A stretch of 64,000 nt of DNA from the NCBI GenBank assembly GCA_964187785.1, contig OZ076409.1, positions 96,350,001 through 96,414,000 of the forward strand. The letters run 5' to 3'. Made by a program: the position numbers and the translations under genes. The stretch's first letter is position 1; each line of letters starts with the position of its first letter. Positions 62,522 to 64,000 of the stretch are shown one piece after another. The notes beneath the pieces are model-generated. The model saw only the letters and a list, made by a program, of their open reading frames with translations, searched no databases and was not told the origin of the DNA. The DNA is from Amphiscolops sp. MND2022 (lineage: Eukaryota).

Positions 62522-63022
62522 TTATAGTCGGCGCTTTTCTAGGGAAAAGTGCCCGACTCTTACAGTGGATAGTTTTTTTCTTTTTTTTTCGTCAGACTAC
62601 AATCTCACTCTGATTGGGCCACTTTTCTTACAATCGAAACTACTAAAGCTACTACCATAAGGCCAAGTCCGGTCAGCGGAAATTAGTGCAAAAGGGTCCC
62701 CCCTTTCATTTTTTACTATTTTAACGTAACCTAAAAAACCGGGCGAGACTAAAGGGTCCCCCTTTCCATTTTTTTTCGGCATTGTGCGACTTTTTTTCGA
62801 AATTGTTTTAATGTCTCAAAAGAGTCCCCCTTTCGAATTTTTTGACATTTTGCAACATAATATGTTAATAAAGCCCAAAGGGTCCCCCCTTTACATTTTT
62901 CGGCACTATGCGACATTTTTTGAAAGAAAAAATTCAAAAATTTCAAGTTTTTCTTCAAAAAAAAAGTTTTTTGCGCTTTTGAGCCTTAGAATTGCGCCGA
63001 CTTTAGACGTTCCCGCCTTGTT
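62522..63022. mobile_element. HINE-like element, inverted copy of the 17282-17890 family
   Basis: AGTCGGCGC (62526) / GCGCCGACT (62994) subterminal IRs, hairpin 62526-62558, CTTGTT terminus. Confidence 0.6.
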
Positions 63023-63072
63023 TTCCATTTTGGCTGCCTCTCGAAATGAGTTGTCACCATATAACACCTTAG

Positions 63073-63360
63073 TGATTACATGCCAGGGGTTTGCCGATTC
63101 CTGCGTCTCTTCAACCGCAATCACAATTTTTTCAGCACTTTTCCCAGGGTTCGAAGCGCGTGTCATCAGCGTGATGGAATCTTCCGTGGGTGTGGGAACC
63201 ATGATTGGACCAGCTATTGCGTCATCTCTATATTACCTGGGGGGTTACAAGCTGCCTTTCTGGTTTATAGGCTCTTCCCAGTTTATCCTTGCATTAGCTT
63301 GTGTTTTTATTCTGGTTTGCGGGAGAAAGGCACCTCTTGAAGATGTGAAAGCTGATAAAA
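63073..63360 (+). CDS. MFS transporter (SLC18B1-like) exon (TM4-TM6)
   Basis: CCTTAG|TG acceptor and A|GTAAG donor. QGFADS..TA..IFSALFP..E...GVGTMIGPAIASSLYYLGGYKLPF fits MFS motif C and the SLC18 signature. Confidence 0.85.
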
Positions 63361-64000
63361 GTAAGAACACGTGAAAAAATTACCCAGCCTGACATGTTTT
63401 CATATATTAGATTATGACTTTTTTCTCGTTTTTGCCAATTTTTTCCAATTTTTTTCTCAATTTATGTAAAGCAGGGTTGTTTCCCAAATTTTTCCACAAA
63501 TTCCAAGGATCATCCTACATGGAGATCTTGCTAAGATCTTATAGCAATATTGGGTAAGATCTTGCAAAGATCTTGCCATGGAACCTATCTTGCTATGACA
63601 TGCATGTTTCAGAGTATAAAAATTCTTAGGAAGGCCAAAATGGCCACGAAAAACTTTTACAAACTCTGCCTGTCAAATCTGAAACTCTGATTTTTGTGAA
63701 TTTGCCATTCCTACAGAAAACCAAGCTCAAGCGGAAAAAGCGATTTAAAATTTCGTTTTTTCTTTCAACACGTATTTGAAATTATAGTCCATATAGGATT
63801 AGCTGATATAGAATTGCATGATTGTCTTTAAATTACAGGGCAATCGTGGTAAATTGCTGTAATCGGATGCAAGCAACTGCACTAAAGATTTTGTATGTGT
63901 CCCCTAAAACAAACTGGCATTGACACAAAAAAGCGGCAAAAGCGGTAGAAGCGGTCTTCAAAAAAGCGGATTTTGAAAAGCTCAATTTCAAAAAAGCTCA

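Noticed and set aside
62784..63072. N-terminal part of the 196-aa ORF
   Set aside because: It is read-through of repeat DNA; the MFS-like part starts at the splice acceptor at 63073.

Overview
AT-rich, repeat-dense animal genomic DNA with spliceosomal GT-AG introns; the taxon cannot be fixed from the sequence. It holds two host genes on the + strand. The first is a Golgi-type Sulfotransfer_2 (CHST-like) sulfotransferase with exons at 3867-4422 and 12897-13127 and two tandem, phase-compatible copies of its last exon (15992-16380, 18279-18667). The second is an SLC18B1-like MFS transporter with exons at 24000-24132, 55256-55364 and 63073-63360, probably continuing past the window. The MFS introns contain four Mag/SURL-like Ty3/Gypsy LTR elements (three with both LTRs, a tRNA-Ser-type PBS and 5-bp TSDs; one nearly intact), further gag relics, an internally deleted BEL/Pao element, MITEs and Helentron-like non-autonomous elements. 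Three observations stand out. (1) The BEL/Pao element carries an extra SGNH/GDSL-like ORF upstream of gag and a tRNA-like Pol III promoter in its LTR. (2) The Gypsy lineage has WLDD instead of YxDD in RT and an unrecognised conserved module between RNase H and integrase. (3) The duplicated sulfotransferase terminal exon differs by clustered charge changes. All calls were made by eye; no database searches were run.
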